Below, piece after piece: positions 37,520-48,640 of a stretch of DNA of 60,413 nucleotides. The position numbers and the translations under genes were made by a program. This DNA comes from an uncultured Lachnobacterium sp. GTDB taxonomy: Bacteria; Bacillota; Clostridia; Lachnospirales; Lachnospiraceae. The notes below the pieces were generated by a model. The model was not told the origin of the DNA. It saw only the letters and a list, made by a program, of their open reading frames with translations, and made no database searches. The stretch is from the NCBI GenBank assembly GCA_900552085.1, contig URYB01000001.1, positions 1-60,413 on the forward strand. Reading direction: 5' to 3'. Positions within the stretch are counted from its first letter, which is position 1; each line of letters opens with the position of its first letter.

Positions 37520-40123
37520 TTATTCAAAATCCTTCTCTCGTAGTACGATGCGATCGTCATCCGTATAGCGACTCGCTGTCAAAATGCTGATTGCTTTCTT
37601 AATACCACCATGCGCCTCCCGGTCAATGGCTTCATCGACAATATCCTTTACTTCCGTCAGTGTTGTTGCCTGATCCAGTCTCTGGATATTACTGATTCGA
37701 TTATATAAAGCAAGTACTGCCATATCGTCAATTTTGTATCCCAGCTCTCTGGAATAAGACCTTGCAAATGTCACCAGCTCATCATTGGTAAAAATCGGAA
37801 CAGAAATACTCTCCGTAAACTTTCTTGCAAATCCTTCATCTGACGCCATCAGCTTGCGGATTCCCTTGGATGTTCCCTCAAGAATGACGAACAATCCACT
37901 GGACTCCTGTTCTAATAGCAGGGAAAGCGTTACCACAGATTCCTTGGTCAGTTCCTCTGCATTCTCAATGATCAGGCATCCACCTTCTACCTGTCGGATA
38001 ATCTCGCCGACATTCTTTTTGTTCAAAGTCTCTGCCTGAATCTTTCCAACCTTTCCTTCAATCCGTCCGGTCTCCTGCTGTAACACCTTAATAATGGATG
38101 TTGCGAGTGTTGTCTTTCCCGTTCCGTGTCCTCCTAAAATCAAAAGGTTTCCGGTGGCTGCGGTCTTATCCTGTTCCAAATGTCTGGATGCCACAGTAAG
38201 TGCCTGACGAAGCTGTGCTTCCATTCCCTTAACTGGCATAAAGTAAGAGAATATCGTTTTCTCTTTCTCTGTCAGTGTCATAAGCGGTGCCTCCGGCTGA
38301 ACTGCACTCTGTTTGCCTAAATTCTCCGGCTCTGAAATCTCTGGAAGTTTCGTTGTCTTTCCTTTCCAGAAAGAACGTTCTATCTGATTTTTGCGTTTTA
38401 CAATTAATTGTTCTTCTTCTGCCTCATCTATGTCCTCTTCTTCAAAATTACTCATATTCTGTTCTGATTCTGCCTCGCTTTCCAGTTGCTCTTCCGGCAG
38501 GAATTCATCTTCTGCCGGCACTACATTTTGTTCTAACGTATTCCCTTCTGCTTCTACATCTTCATCGTTTACCAGGTCTTCCGGCAATGCACGAAACTCG
38601 CCATCTTCCACTTCATTTAATTCTTCCGCTGGCAGCTCTTCGGAATCCGCTTCAACGGCATCATCCACAGGTTCCAATTCTTCGGTTTGCTCCGGCAGGA
38701 TTTCTTCCGCCGACACTTCTTCTGGCATCTCCCTGGTTGGAATATCCGTTTCCAACACCTCTTCCGGTATCTCCTCCGTCGGGATCTCAGTCTCCGGCAC
38801 TTCTGCCGCATCTTCTTCGACGACAGGCTCTGTCACTGTTTCCGCGGTCTGGACTTCCGAAGTCTCTGTCTGCGGCTGATCCTGTAAATACTCTTCTTCC
38901 AGCAATTCACGCGGTGTGACACCTGCATCCAGCTTCGGAATCACTCCTGTCAGACGATCCATAATATCGCCCGCCTGCTGCAGCGCCCTTGCCTTTGCAG
39001 ATTCCAGTTTTCTCTGCTTTGCCTCTTCCAAAGCGGCTTCTGCTGCACGTCTGGTTTTCTCCCACTCACTTAGAACCTCTTCAATCGTGATCTGACCTGT
39101 AATCTGGTGCTCCACCAATGTCTTATCATCCATGACCATGCTCATCTGACCATCAGAATCCTCTCCAAGCATCTCCTTAAAATTCATTTTGAGGGAGCCA
39201 TCGATTTCCTCATCGGTTTCAATATGTTCGTCTGCCTGCTCTTGTTTCTCTTCCTCTTTTGGCAGCTTAAGATATGGAATCTCCTCCACGATCTTGTTGA
39301 TGTTGTCCATGGTATCGGTTACGGTCTCTTTCTCCGTAGCCTCCATGATCTGCTGCATGCCCTTGGCAATCTCCTGCTGAAGATTTACCGTATTGAATCG
39401 TTCCGGATTTACTTTGACCGGTGGAATTGCTACTGGTTCATGTTCGTACTCTCCAGCATTTTTCATCTCCTCCACATCAATATGTGTCAGTCCATCTCTG
39501 GACTCTTTTGCTTTGCGGAACGTACGGTATTTCTCTTCCTGCGCTTTCGTCAACGGCTGATAAAGCATCTTCAATTCCAGCGCGCGTTCCACGTATGGGC
39601 CATCGCCAAACCAGAGTATCAACTCATCGCAGGCTTCAATACACTTGTCACTCATACCTGCTTTGTGATACAGATAAGCCAACTCATAGGCCCATTCTTC
39701 CGTGTATTCCTGCTCCTTCAGTTCCTCAAGGATTGGAATCAGTTCTTCATAAGAAGACCCCTCCGCCTTCTTGATATCATATCGGAGCACATATTTCAGG
39801 CTGTCCCGTGGAGCGATCTCCACAAATTCCTGATAGTAATCTTCTGCACCTTCGTAGTCGCCCATCTTGATTGCGACTTCTGCAAGACGATAGATGATCA
39901 TACGACCAATCGGTGAACGGTCATATGCCAGCAGCAATACTTCCCGGCTGTCTTCGTAACGTTCTGTCTTCTCGTAAATCTCTCCGGCTTTCACCAAAGC
40001 GTTTACATTTTTTATTTTGTTCCAGTTTATTGTATCTGCAATATCCGCTGCATCTTCATACTTCTCTTCTGCATAAAGAGACTTCATCTGATCCAGTTTC
40101 AAATTGTATTCATATTTATCCAT
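37520..40123 (-). CDS. TPR protein with an acidic linker and a C-terminal AAA-like domain
   Basis: N-terminal TPR helices, Glu-rich linker, GGHGTGKTT Walker A; start moved to MDKYE (gaggtg RBS). Confidence 0.75.
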   Translation of the reverse strand: MDKYEYNLKLDQMKSLYAEEKYEDAADIADTINWNKIKNVNALVKAGEIYEKTERYEDSREVLLLAYDRSPIGRMIIYRLAEVAIKMGDYEGAEDYYQEFVEIAPRDSLKYVLRYDIKKAEGSSYEELIPILEELKEQEYTEEWAYELAYLYHKAGMSDKCIEACDELILWFGDGPYVERALELKMLYQPLTKAQEEKYRTFRKAKESRDGLTHIDVEEMKNAGEYEHEPVAIPPVKVNPERFNTVNLQQEIAKGMQQIMEATEKETVTDTMDNINKIVEEIPYLKLPKEEEKQEQADEHIETDEEIDGSLKMNFKEMLGEDSDGQMSMVMDDKTLVEHQITGQITIEEVLSEWEKTRRAAEAALEEAKQRKLESAKARALQQAGDIMDRLTGVIPKLDAGVTPRELLEEEYLQDQPQTETSEVQTAETVTEPVVEEDAAEVPETEIPTEEIPEEVLETDIPTREMPEEVSAEEILPEQTEELEPVDDAVEADSEELPAEELNEVEDGEFRALPEDLVNDEDVEAEGNTLEQNVVPAEDEFLPEEQLESEAESEQNMSNFEEEDIDEAEEEQLIVKRKNQIERSFWKGKTTKLPEISEPENLGKQSAVQPEAPLMTLTEKEKTIFSYFMPVKGMEAQLRQALTVASRHLEQDKTAATGNLLILGGHGTGKTTLATSIIKVLQQETGRIEGKVGKIQAETLNKKNVGEIIRQVEGGCLIIENAEELTKESVVTLSLLLEQESSGLFVILEGTSKGIRKLMASDEGFARKFTESISVPIFTNDELVTFARSYSRELGYKIDDMAVLALYNRISNIQRLDQATTLTEVKDIVDEAIDREAHGGIKKAISILTASRYTDDDRIVLREKDFE

Positions 40124-40298
40124 TAGCACCTCGAAATATCTTCCAAATCCTCTCACGACTTGGATTTCTCTAGTCAAAATAGGTCTGGCTATCTAATTTT
40201 TAGTATACCATAGGCGCCATATAGTGTCAAAAAATAAAGACAAAAAAAGCATTGGAAAAATGCAATTTCTGCATTTGTCCAACACTTCTTTTTGCGAT

Positions 40299-41660
40299 TT
40301 ATTTCTCAATATTTTTGTCGTCAGTGTCTTCTTCCTTCTCTGTGTTGTGCTTCTTCTTTTTTGTCTCCTCATACAGATGAAATTCTCCTGTATGCTCATC
40401 GATCCTTGCGACTTTTACATAGTCTGCCGTAGTCACTGGAAGCTGCTTTTTGGCAACACCATGATTTACCAGTCTGCGCACAATATAGTAAATCAAGGCA
40501 AATACCGGAACTCCCAGGAGCATTCCGAGGAATCCAAACATACCGCCGCCAATCAGAATTGCAAACATTACCCAGAAAGATGTAAGTCCTGTAGAATTTC
40601 CAAGAATCTTTGGTCCAATGATATTTCCATCAACCTGCTGTAGTACAATAATGAAAATCAACAGATACAGTGCATGCCACGGACTCTGGATTACTACCAG
40701 CAGCAATGCCGGGATTGCACCAATAAACGGTCCAAACAATGGTATGATGTTCGTCACACCGATAATAACGGAAACCAGCATTGTATCCGGAATTCGTAAA
40801 ATGGAACATCCCACATAACAGATCACACCGATAATAGCCGAATCAATGATTTTTCCAATGATAAATCCACCAAAAATATCGTTTGCCTTATGCATGGTCT
40901 CCACAATAATGTTTCCCTGCTTCGGCTTAAATACGGCATAAACCACTTTCTTGCTCTGTCCGATCAGACGTTCCTTGATCATCAGGACATAAACTGCCAC
41001 AATAATTCCAATAACAAAATTGAACATTGCTTTTACCATATTGATGACGCCGGACGTAATCTGAATCAGATAAGTCCTCGCCTGCGGTAACAAAGTCTTT
41101 GTTGCCCAGTTCTCCACATAATCCGTCAATTTTGTAAGAACATCACCAATCGTATCTGCCACTTCATAATTTCCAAAACGGCCTTCCTGTATCATCTTAA
41201 CAAGATTGGCAACGTTTGCCGGCAAAGTATCCACGATTCCCATAATACTGTTAATGACCGATGGAACAATAGCTGCAATCAAAAGCACGATCACGGCAAT
41301 CAGAAAAATAATGGAACATGTAATCGCAAGTCCACGTGCCATCTTTTTTGCTTTCTGGTCTGTCTTTGTCCTGTCTTTGAACAGCTTATACAAATGTCGC
41401 TCAAAAAACTTCATCACCGGATTTAAAAGATATGCCAGCGCAAGACCAATGATAATTGGCTGCGCTGCAGAAATCACTTTATGCCATCCGTTTGCAAATC
41501 CCTGATATCGCAAAACACTAAAGAAAAACAGGATGCAGCAGACAAATGTGATAAACACCATCACCCCAATCTTGGCAAGATGGATATTCTCACGTCTGCC
41601 GTCCATTTTTTCTTTTGCCTGCGTCTGTGCTACTTTTTCCTTTTCTGTATCACTCAACAC
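40299..41660 (-). CDS. AI-2E family transporter
   Basis: AYLLNP, GKIIDS, IPLFGPFIG, QQVDGNIIGPKILG and GMLLGVP motifs. Confidence 0.9.
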   Translation of the reverse strand: MLSDTEKEKVAQTQAKEKMDGRRENIHLAKIGVMVFITFVCCILFFFSVLRYQGFANGWHKVISAAQPIIIGLALAYLLNPVMKFFERHLYKLFKDRTKTDQKAKKMARGLAITCSIIFLIAVIVLLIAAIVPSVINSIMGIVDTLPANVANLVKMIQEGRFGNYEVADTIGDVLTKLTDYVENWATKTLLPQARTYLIQITSGVINMVKAMFNFVIGIIVAVYVLMIKERLIGQSKKVVYAVFKPKQGNIIVETMHKANDIFGGFIIGKIIDSAIIGVICYVGCSILRIPDTMLVSVIIGVTNIIPLFGPFIGAIPALLLVVIQSPWHALYLLIFIIVLQQVDGNIIGPKILGNSTGLTSFWVMFAILIGGGMFGFLGMLLGVPVFALIYYIVRRLVNHGVAKKQLPVTTADYVKVARIDEHTGEFHLYEETKKKKHNTEKEEDTDDKNIEK

Positions 41661-41669
41661 AGAATCCTC

Positions 41670-43955
41670 CTAACCGCGATAGTAGTTAATGAGACAACCC
41701 TTTAAGATAATATCTTTTTCATCCGGAGTAAGCGCACCCATTTTAAGTGTAAATGGTTTCAGCTCACCGTCTTTTACTACATATGCTTCAAATTCACTCT
41801 TTCCTTCTTCTACCGCTGTACGAATGTTTGGAAGGAACAGGTAATCCAGATTCTTGAATGGAAGTTCTCCCTCATCAATGATAAATGGAAGCATTCCCCA
41901 GTTGATCAGGTTTGAACGGTATCTCTTGGTTGCATATTCGTTGGCAATATTTGCCCAGCCACCAAGTACCTTCTGGCAGGATGCAGCCTGCTCACGGGCA
42001 GAACCATCACCTGGCTTCACGGCAAAAATTGTGCTACCAAATCCAACATTCTTACGGCTTACATCGCTGAACTTTGTCTTAATGGTATCCATGACAGCCT
42101 TAACTTCCGGTACAACACTTGCAGGACATGTATCTGCCTCTACAGCCTTCTGTGCCTTCTGGATTTCCTTTGCACGTCCAACGTACTCCGGATCCTTTCT
42201 GGAAAGTGCGAACTCTGCCAGTCCCAATGGGTTGGAACGGAAAGAAGAAGTCTCACCGGAAGGAATCAGCTCATCGGTTGTTGTAACCGGATCATGAATT
42301 TCAGAAACAACCTTCAATACCATGTTCTCCGGTAATGCACTCATTGCCGGCCAGTCTTTGATGTTTGGTCCAAACTGGATCTCAACGCTTGGATCTGCAA
42401 CACCCTTGCTGTCAAATACACGATTCTCATAAATCGTCTTATCAAAGAAATACTTCGGTTTCGAGAAGTTTACATCCATATCTGCTGCAGATGTCAGATA
42501 TCCCTTATTTGCTGCAGTTGCTGCGATCGAACGCGCATCCATAAGTGCAACAGAAGCCACCTGACCATTCTGTACCTTAGAACCTTCACGGTTCGGGAAG
42601 TTACGTGTAGAATGACGGATAGAAAATGCGTTGTTTGCAGGTGTATCTCCAGCACCAAAGCATGGTCCGCAGAATGCAGTCTTTACAATTGCTCCGGTAG
42701 AAAGAAGATTTGCTACAACACCATTCTTTACTAATTCCATATAAATTGGAGTAGATGCAGGATATACGCTGAGCGTAAATTCATCAGCTCCGATGGATGC
42801 TCCCTTTAAGATGTCGGCAGCATCGCAGATATTTTCAAATCCACCACCGGCACATCCGGCAATGATTCCCTGATCAACGTAAAGTCTTCCGTTCTTTACT
42901 TTGCTCTTTAAATCCAGATCAACCTTTCCGTCGAAGCTGACCTGTGCACGCTTCTCACAGTCATCAAGAATGTCCATAAGGTTTGCATTCAATTCATCGA
43001 TCGTGTAAGTGTTGCTTGGGTGGAATGGCATAGCGATCATTGGCTTGATGGTGCTTAAGTCAATCTCGATAAAGCTGTCGTAGAATGCAACTTCACCCGG
43101 ATTTAATTCCTTATAATCTTCTTCTCTTCCATGAATCTCATAGAACTCTTTTACTTTGTCATCTGTTCTCCAGATAGAAGAAAGACAGGTTGTCTCTGTT
43201 GTCATTACGTCAACACCGATACGGTAATCCACGCTTAAGTTTGCGACACCAGGTCCGACAAACTCCATGACTTTATTCTTAACAAATCCATTTGCAAATA
43301 CTTCACCGATAATTGCAAGTGCGATATCCTGTGGACCAACGCCCTTCATTGGCTCACCGGTCAGGTAAATACCTACAACACCCGGCATATCAATATCGTA
43401 TGTCTTGTTCAGAAGCTGCTTAACCAGCTCCGGTCCGCCTTCTCCGACTGCCATGGTTCCAAGTGCACCATAACGTGTATGGGAGTCCGATCCAAGGATC
43501 ATCTTTCCACCGCCGGCAAGCATCTCTCTTGCGAACTGATGGATAACTGCCTGATGTGGTGGAACGTAGATTCCGCCGTATTTCTTTGCACAGGTCAGTC
43601 CAAACATATGATCATCTTCGTTGATGGTTCCTCCTACCGCACAAAGACTGTTATGACAGTTTGTCAGTACATATGGTATCGGAAATTTTTCAAGTCCGGA
43701 CGCGCGTGCTGTCTGGATAATACCTACGAATGTAATATCGTGGGATGTCAGTTTATCAAATTTAATCTGGAGTTTTTCCATATTTCCAGATGTATTATGG
43801 TCTTTTAAAATGCCGTAAGCGATGGTTTCTTTCTTTGCTTCTTCTGCTGAAACCTGCTTTCCGGTCTTACTCGCTACTGCAGCAACAGCTTCTGGGGAAT
43901 TGATCACTACATCTTTTCCCTGAATCAGATATGCGCCATTTTCATATAGTTTCAT
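41670..43955 (-). CDS. Aconitase-family hydratase (YbhJ-like)
   Basis: [35 protein letters not shown] and GSAREQA motifs. Confidence 0.88.
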   Translation of the reverse strand: MKLYENGAYLIQGKDVVINSPEAVAAVASKTGKQVSAEEAKKETIAYGILKDHNTSGNMEKLQIKFDKLTSHDITFVGIIQTARASGLEKFPIPYVLTNCHNSLCAVGGTINEDDHMFGLTCAKKYGGIYVPPHQAVIHQFAREMLAGGGKMILGSDSHTRYGALGTMAVGEGGPELVKQLLNKTYDIDMPGVVGIYLTGEPMKGVGPQDIALAIIGEVFANGFVKNKVMEFVGPGVANLSVDYRIGVDVMTTETTCLSSIWRTDDKVKEFYEIHGREEDYKELNPGEVAFYDSFIEIDLSTIKPMIAMPFHPSNTYTIDELNANLMDILDDCEKRAQVSFDGKVDLDLKSKVKNGRLYVDQGIIAGCAGGGFENICDAADILKGASIGADEFTLSVYPASTPIYMELVKNGVVANLLSTGAIVKTAFCGPCFGAGDTPANNAFSIRHSTRNFPNREGSKVQNGQVASVALMDARSIAATAANKGYLTSAADMDVNFSKPKYFFDKTIYENRVFDSKGVADPSVEIQFGPNIKDWPAMSALPENMVLKVVSEIHDPVTTTDELIPSGETSSFRSNPLGLAEFALSRKDPEYVGRAKEIQKAQKAVEADTCPASVVPEVKAVMDTIKTKFSDVSRKNVGFGSTIFAVKPGDGSAREQAASCQKVLGGWANIANEYATKRYRSNLINWGMLPFIIDEGELPFKNLDYLFLPNIRTAVEEGKSEFEAYVVKDGELKPFTLKMGALTPDEKDIILKGCLINYYRG

Positions 43956-44038
43956 TTTTTTCCTCCTTGTTCGTATCTAAACCAGTTAGTTTGAATTATA
44001 TCTGTTGCCCGCTCTGAAATCAAGCATTCCCACAGATT

Positions 44039-45427
44039 TTATAAGTTGTTCAGAATTTCAAACTGAATTTTTGCAATAAACAGATCGCCGTCCGTCTGAA
44101 TCTCAAATTCGCCGCCCATAAGATTCGTGAGGTTTTTGGCAATGGATAAGCCAAGTCCGCTTCCCTCCGTGGTACGTGACACATCGCCCCGTACAAAGCG
44201 GGCTGTCAGGTCCTTGCCCTCCTCCTGTTTCTCCGGCAAGCGGTTCTTTGAGATATTTTTTATCGTAAATACGGCTGTGGTATCTTCGACCTCCAGCTCT
44301 ACATAGACTCTCGTGTTCTCCAATGCATATTTTGCAGCATTTGTGTATAAATTTTCAATTGCACGATACAGCTGGCGACCGTCCGCTTTGACAAGCACCG
44401 CCTGATTCGGAAGTTTGGTCACGATTGTAAGACCTCTTGCCTCAAAACGCTCGTTGAACTCTCCACCTGTCTGATAGATCAGCTCCACCATATCGATCGT
44501 CTGCATTTCCAGATGCACATTTCCCGAAGTAATCTTGGACACTTCCACAAGATCTTCCGTCAATTGCTTGAGTCTTTGGGATTTTTCATCTAAGATGCGG
44601 ATATAATTCCGCGCATTTTCATTTTCTAAATTTTCCCGCTTAAGCAGATCCACATAATTGACAATCGAGGTAAGCGGCGTCTTGATGTCATGGGATACGT
44701 TGGTGATAAGATCCGCTTTGATGCGCTCATTTCTTATGCGCTCCATGACAGCCTCACTCAATCCTTCACGAATACTGTTTACTGCAATGGCAATATCCCG
44801 CTCCTGTCCCTGAAAATCGTCCACATTCAATGTGGTATCCAATGCGCCTTTGGAGATTTCCTCGATCGCATTCTGTATCTCATAACGCTCCCTTGCCTTG
44901 CGGGTATAATACCGTGGGCTTTGTTTGGAAGCGATCACTTCCCGTACAAACATAATGCCCTGATAAATCAGACTGTGTGTCAAAAGTGTATTGCTTTTGG
45001 CTCTGCGCACGATACTCAGATAGAAAAACAGAAAGACAACATCTGCCAGATACGCCAGCGTTCCTGCTGCAACAAGCAATCCGGAAAATTCGAAATCCAT
45101 TCTTCCGATTACTCTGCACACATAAATTGCTTCATATAACAAAAAGCCAAACACCAGCAACTGAATATCCGTATAAATCCGATCCACAAAATTCAGGTAT
45201 ACCTGCGGATCGTCCGCTGCATGTCTCCCGGTAATACTGGTCAGATATGCCAGCGTCACGAAGCTTCCCACCAATCCAATAACGATCAGCGTACTCAGTC
45301 CCGCCATTCCCTTGATATGGTGTGCGATATCATATCCGACCCCATACAGAGAACACACCATCAACACAAAGAACATCTGATGGATCACGATTGCCGCGCC
45401 TTTGATTCCATTTGAATATTCCTTCAT
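44039..45427 (-). CDS. Sensor histidine kinase
   Basis: NVSHDIKTPLT H-box, NAAKY, RGDVSR and GSGLGLSIA motifs. Confidence 0.93.
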   Translation of the reverse strand: MKEYSNGIKGAAIVIHQMFFVLMVCSLYGVGYDIAHHIKGMAGLSTLIVIGLVGSFVTLAYLTSITGRHAADDPQVYLNFVDRIYTDIQLLVFGFLLYEAIYVCRVIGRMDFEFSGLLVAAGTLAYLADVVFLFFYLSIVRRAKSNTLLTHSLIYQGIMFVREVIASKQSPRYYTRKARERYEIQNAIEEISKGALDTTLNVDDFQGQERDIAIAVNSIREGLSEAVMERIRNERIKADLITNVSHDIKTPLTSIVNYVDLLKRENLENENARNYIRILDEKSQRLKQLTEDLVEVSKITSGNVHLEMQTIDMVELIYQTGGEFNERFEARGLTIVTKLPNQAVLVKADGRQLYRAIENLYTNAAKYALENTRVYVELEVEDTTAVFTIKNISKNRLPEKQEEGKDLTARFVRGDVSRTTEGSGLGLSIAKNLTNLMGGEFEIQTDGDLFIAKIQFEILNNL

Positions 45428-45433
45428 AGGCGG

Positions 45434-46123
45434 CTATACCCCCGCCTCTATTTTATATCCAACGCCCCACACAACTTTCAGGTAACGCGGCTCCTTTGGA
45501 TTGATTTCGATTTTCTCACGGATATGACGGATATGTACTGCAACCGTGTTGTCTGCTCCGATTGCTTCCTCATTCCAGATTTCCTCGTAAATCTGGCTGA
45601 TGGAGAAAACTTTTCCCTTATTTTTCATCAGCAGAAGAAGTATATTGTATTCAATCGGTGTGAGCTTTACTTCCTCGCCATCAACTGTAACCTTCTTTAA
45701 ATCATCGTTGATGACCAGACCGCCCTCTTCATACACCGTCTCTCCCGGTGCACCATTCGACAATGTTGTATATCTGCGCAACTGGGATTTGACCCTTGCA
45801 ACCAGCTCCAGTGGATTGAACGGCTTGGATACATAGTCGTCTGCGCCTACGTTCAGACCAAGGATTTTGTCCGTATCCTGCGTCTTTGCTGACAGGATAA
45901 TAATTGGAATACTGCTCGTTTTCCGCACCTGAAATGTTGCACGTATGCCATCCAGTTTCGGCATCATCACATCAATGATCATCAGATCAATGGACTTCTT
46001 TTTCAATATCTCAAGTGCCTGCTCCCCGTCGTATGCTTTTTCTACCGAAAAGCCCTCCTGCAGTAAATAGATTTCAATTGCTTCAACGATTTCTTTATCG
46101 TCATCACATACCAGAATCGTCAT
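45434..46123 (-). CDS. OmpR-family response regulator
   Basis: DVMMP, GADDYVSKPF, VAVHIRHIREK and VWGVGY motifs. Confidence 0.95.
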   Translation of the reverse strand: MTILVCDDDKEIVEAIEIYLLQEGFSVEKAYDGEQALEILKKKSIDLMIIDVMMPKLDGIRATFQVRKTSSIPIIILSAKTQDTDKILGLNVGADDYVSKPFNPLELVARVKSQLRRYTTLSNGAPGETVYEEGGLVINDDLKKVTVDGEEVKLTPIEYNILLLLMKNKGKVFSISQIYEEIWNEEAIGADNTVAVHIRHIREKIEINPKEPRYLKVVWGVGYKIEAGV

Positions 46124-46967
46124 GCTGATGTCCTCCTATCAGATTTTTCCATACCTTCTGTATTCCATCCGTTTTCTCTTTTGCCTTGCCGGAAGAAGCT
46201 TTTTCTTCTCCCTTTTCCTGTTCCTCTTTCCACTGGAAATAATCGGCATCCAGATTTACCCGGATTTCTGCCTGAAGATTTTTCAGTTCTTCATCTTCCT
46301 CGTCGTTATCGTCCGCATAGCTTACGCCTTTATCTGCTTCCACTTCTTTTTCCGTCTCATCGATCACTGACATGCCAAGCTTATCCAGATATTCCTGATT
46401 GATCTTGATCTCCGTCTGGCGGTTTGCATAAATGGATGCTTCTTCTTCCTCCGGTTTGCCTTCATTTTTCTGCTTTTCAAGTTCCCGGTTGCGTTCCTCT
46501 ATAATCTTCAGATATTTCTCTGTATCCACCAGATCCTGCATCTGGCTTTTCAGTTCCAGCTGATTTGTTTTAATGCGGCGCTGTTCAATATCCATTTTTT
46601 CGTTCAGATCCGCATAGATTTTGGAAACATTCTCATTTGCTTCCTTCATAATATCACGCATATGATTCAATGCTTCATCCATATACATCACCGAAGCTGC
46701 ATAGATGTCTTCCGCCTTGTGGCTGGCATCCATGATGATATTGTCTCCCTGTTTGCGAAAATCCCGCTCCGCCTTATCACGACTGCTTCTTGTCAGTTCG
46801 TACTGCTCCTGCATCTGGTACATGCATCTATTTAACTCACTCAGCAAATCCAGCATTTGCTGCTTGTCAACGATCACCTTACTCGGTTCTTTCGGATACT
46901 GTTCGCCTTTCGACAACATCACATGAAGTGCGCGCAGCACCTTCTCTGTATTATCCTGTACTCCCAT
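46104..46967 (-). CDS. Hypothetical coiled-coil protein
   Basis: 287-aa ORF with AAGGAG RBS, helical composition, operon context. Confidence 0.7.
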   Translation of the reverse strand: MGVQDNTEKVLRALHVMLSKGEQYPKEPSKVIVDKQQMLDLLSELNRCMYQMQEQYELTRSSRDKAERDFRKQGDNIIMDASHKAEDIYAASVMYMDEALNHMRDIMKEANENVSKIYADLNEKMDIEQRRIKTNQLELKSQMQDLVDTEKYLKIIEERNRELEKQKNEGKPEEEEASIYANRQTEIKINQEYLDKLGMSVIDETEKEVEADKGVSYADDNDEEDEELKNLQAEIRVNLDADYFQWKEEQEKGEEKASSGKAKEKTDGIQKVWKNLIGGHQHDDSGM

Positions 46968-46976
46968 CTCTACTCC

Positions 46977-47858
46977 TTACTGCTCCATAAATTGATCAAT
47001 TCCATTTGCAATTCCATCTACAATTTTATACTGATAATCTTCGGATGCCATCAGCGCATCTTCTGTCGGATTGGTCATATAGCCCATCTCAACAATCGTG
47101 ACCGGCACCTGGCACCAGTTGATTCCACTCATCGTATCGGTCTCCCACACGCGCTCCTTTTTGCAGCCGGTGGCACTGACCAGACAATCCAGAACATCAG
47201 CCGACAGCTCCTTACTCTGGCTGTACAATGCGCTGTTGTATGGATTGGAAGACGTCTGACAGATCGTCATCGCACCATTGGCAGAAGTATTCTCTGCCCC
47301 GTTCGCATGGATACGGATAAAAGCGTCTGCATTGGCCTCGTTTGCCATCTGTGCACGCTCCGCATTACTGATATTAACATCATTTGAGGTACGAATCATC
47401 AACACTTCATACCCTCTGCTTTCTAATTCTTTCTGTAATTTCAACGCCACCTGCAAAGTAAGCTGATACTCTGCCAGTCCACTGGTCTCACCGTGTGTTC
47501 CACCTGCAACTTTTGCCTTTTTCTCCGTTGCTCCCGGTCCCACCGGCTCCTTATCGGTATTCGCCGTCTTCTGATGTCCTGCATCAATCGCGATCAGATG
47601 CTTTGTCTGTGCATTATCCGCCGTCTCACTCTCTGTTTCTTCCGGAGTCTCTGTTTCGGCCTGTGTCTCAGTTTCTGTCTCGGTCGGGACTTGTGTTTCT
47701 GTCTCTATTTCAATCTGTGTATTTTCCTCTGTCTCTTCCTGGGAATCCTGAACTTCCACAGGAATATCCGCTTCCCGGGTTTTTGCGCCAAAGCCGCATC
47801 CCCCAAGAGATCCTGCCAGTATCGTTACACATAAAGTTGTCATCAAAAATTTCTTCAT
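46977..47858 (-). CDS. Lipoprotein N-acetylmuramoyl-L-alanine amidase
   Basis: Lipobox LGGC, ET-rich linker, IDAGHQ, RIHAN and VEMGYM motifs. Confidence 0.88.
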   Translation of the reverse strand: MKKFLMTTLCVTILAGSLGGCGFGAKTREADIPVEVQDSQEETEENTQIEIETETQVPTETETETQAETETPEETESETADNAQTKHLIAIDAGHQKTANTDKEPVGPGATEKKAKVAGGTHGETSGLAEYQLTLQVALKLQKELESRGYEVLMIRTSNDVNISNAERAQMANEANADAFIRIHANGAENTSANGAMTICQTSSNPYNSALYSQSKELSADVLDCLVSATGCKKERVWETDTMSGINWCQVPVTIVEMGYMTNPTEDALMASEDYQYKIVDGIANGIDQFMEQ

Positions 47859-47994
47859 TTTCAAAATTTTCTTTCTCCTTAAATGCACTACAAATCATTA
47901 TAACGAATGCATTCCCGATGTGCAAGATAAGTTACTGTTGCGCATGGGGTTACCCGCACTTATAATAAAAATATATCGATTACAGGAGGCACTT

Positions 47995-48639
47995 ATGCGT
48001 ACAAGATCCGAAGCATTAACTTACGCACTTACATTTCCAGACACCTATCAGCAGGCGCCTTTTCACGATCCGAACTGGCAGCTTGTGCGGGTAAAAGGCA
48101 GTAAAAAAGCCTTTTTATGGACCTATGAGAAGGATGGTTTCATAAACCTGAATGTAAAAGTCTCCCCTGCATGGCGTGATTTTTGGAGAGATGCATTTGC
48201 GTCCGTCATACCGGGATGGCACCAGAATAAAGACAACTGGAATACCATCATTCTCGACGGCACCGTTCCGGATGATGCAATTAAAAATATGATTGCCGAC
48301 AGTTACGCGATCGTAACAGACAATCCTACCAGGCGGATCTATGAAGCGGTCAAACAGATACCGAAAGGAAAAGTTGCCACTTACAGTCAGATTGCTGAAC
48401 TCGCCGGAAATAAAAAGATGTGTCGTGCTGTCGGAAATGCATTACACAAAAACCCCGATCCATCCGAAATTCCCTGCTATCGCGTCGTAAATGCCAAAGG
48501 CGAATTATCCGGCGCATTTGCGTTTGGCGGAGCTGATGAACAGGCAAGCCGCCTCAGGGCAGATGGAAGCGAGGGTCTTAATGGTAAAGTCGATTTAAAA
48601 AAATATGCAGTTCACGTTGTCGACGGACAGCTGGAATAA
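47995..48639 (+). CDS. MmcQ/YjbR-like domain fused to an O6-alkylguanine alkyltransferase domain
   Basis: N-terminal PGWHQNKDNWNT (YjbR-like); C-terminal IPKGKVATY..RAVGNAL..IPCYRVV; AGGAGG RBS. Confidence 0.82.
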   Translation: MRTRSEALTYALTFPDTYQQAPFHDPNWQLVRVKGSKKAFLWTYEKDGFINLNVKVSPAWRDFWRDAFASVIPGWHQNKDNWNTIILDGTVPDDAIKNMIADSYAIVTDNPTRRIYEAVKQIPKGKVATYSQIAELAGNKKMCRAVGNALHKNPDPSEIPCYRVVNAKGELSGAFAFGGADEQASRLRADGSEGLNGKVDLKKYAVHVVDGQLE

Positions 48640-48640
48640 A

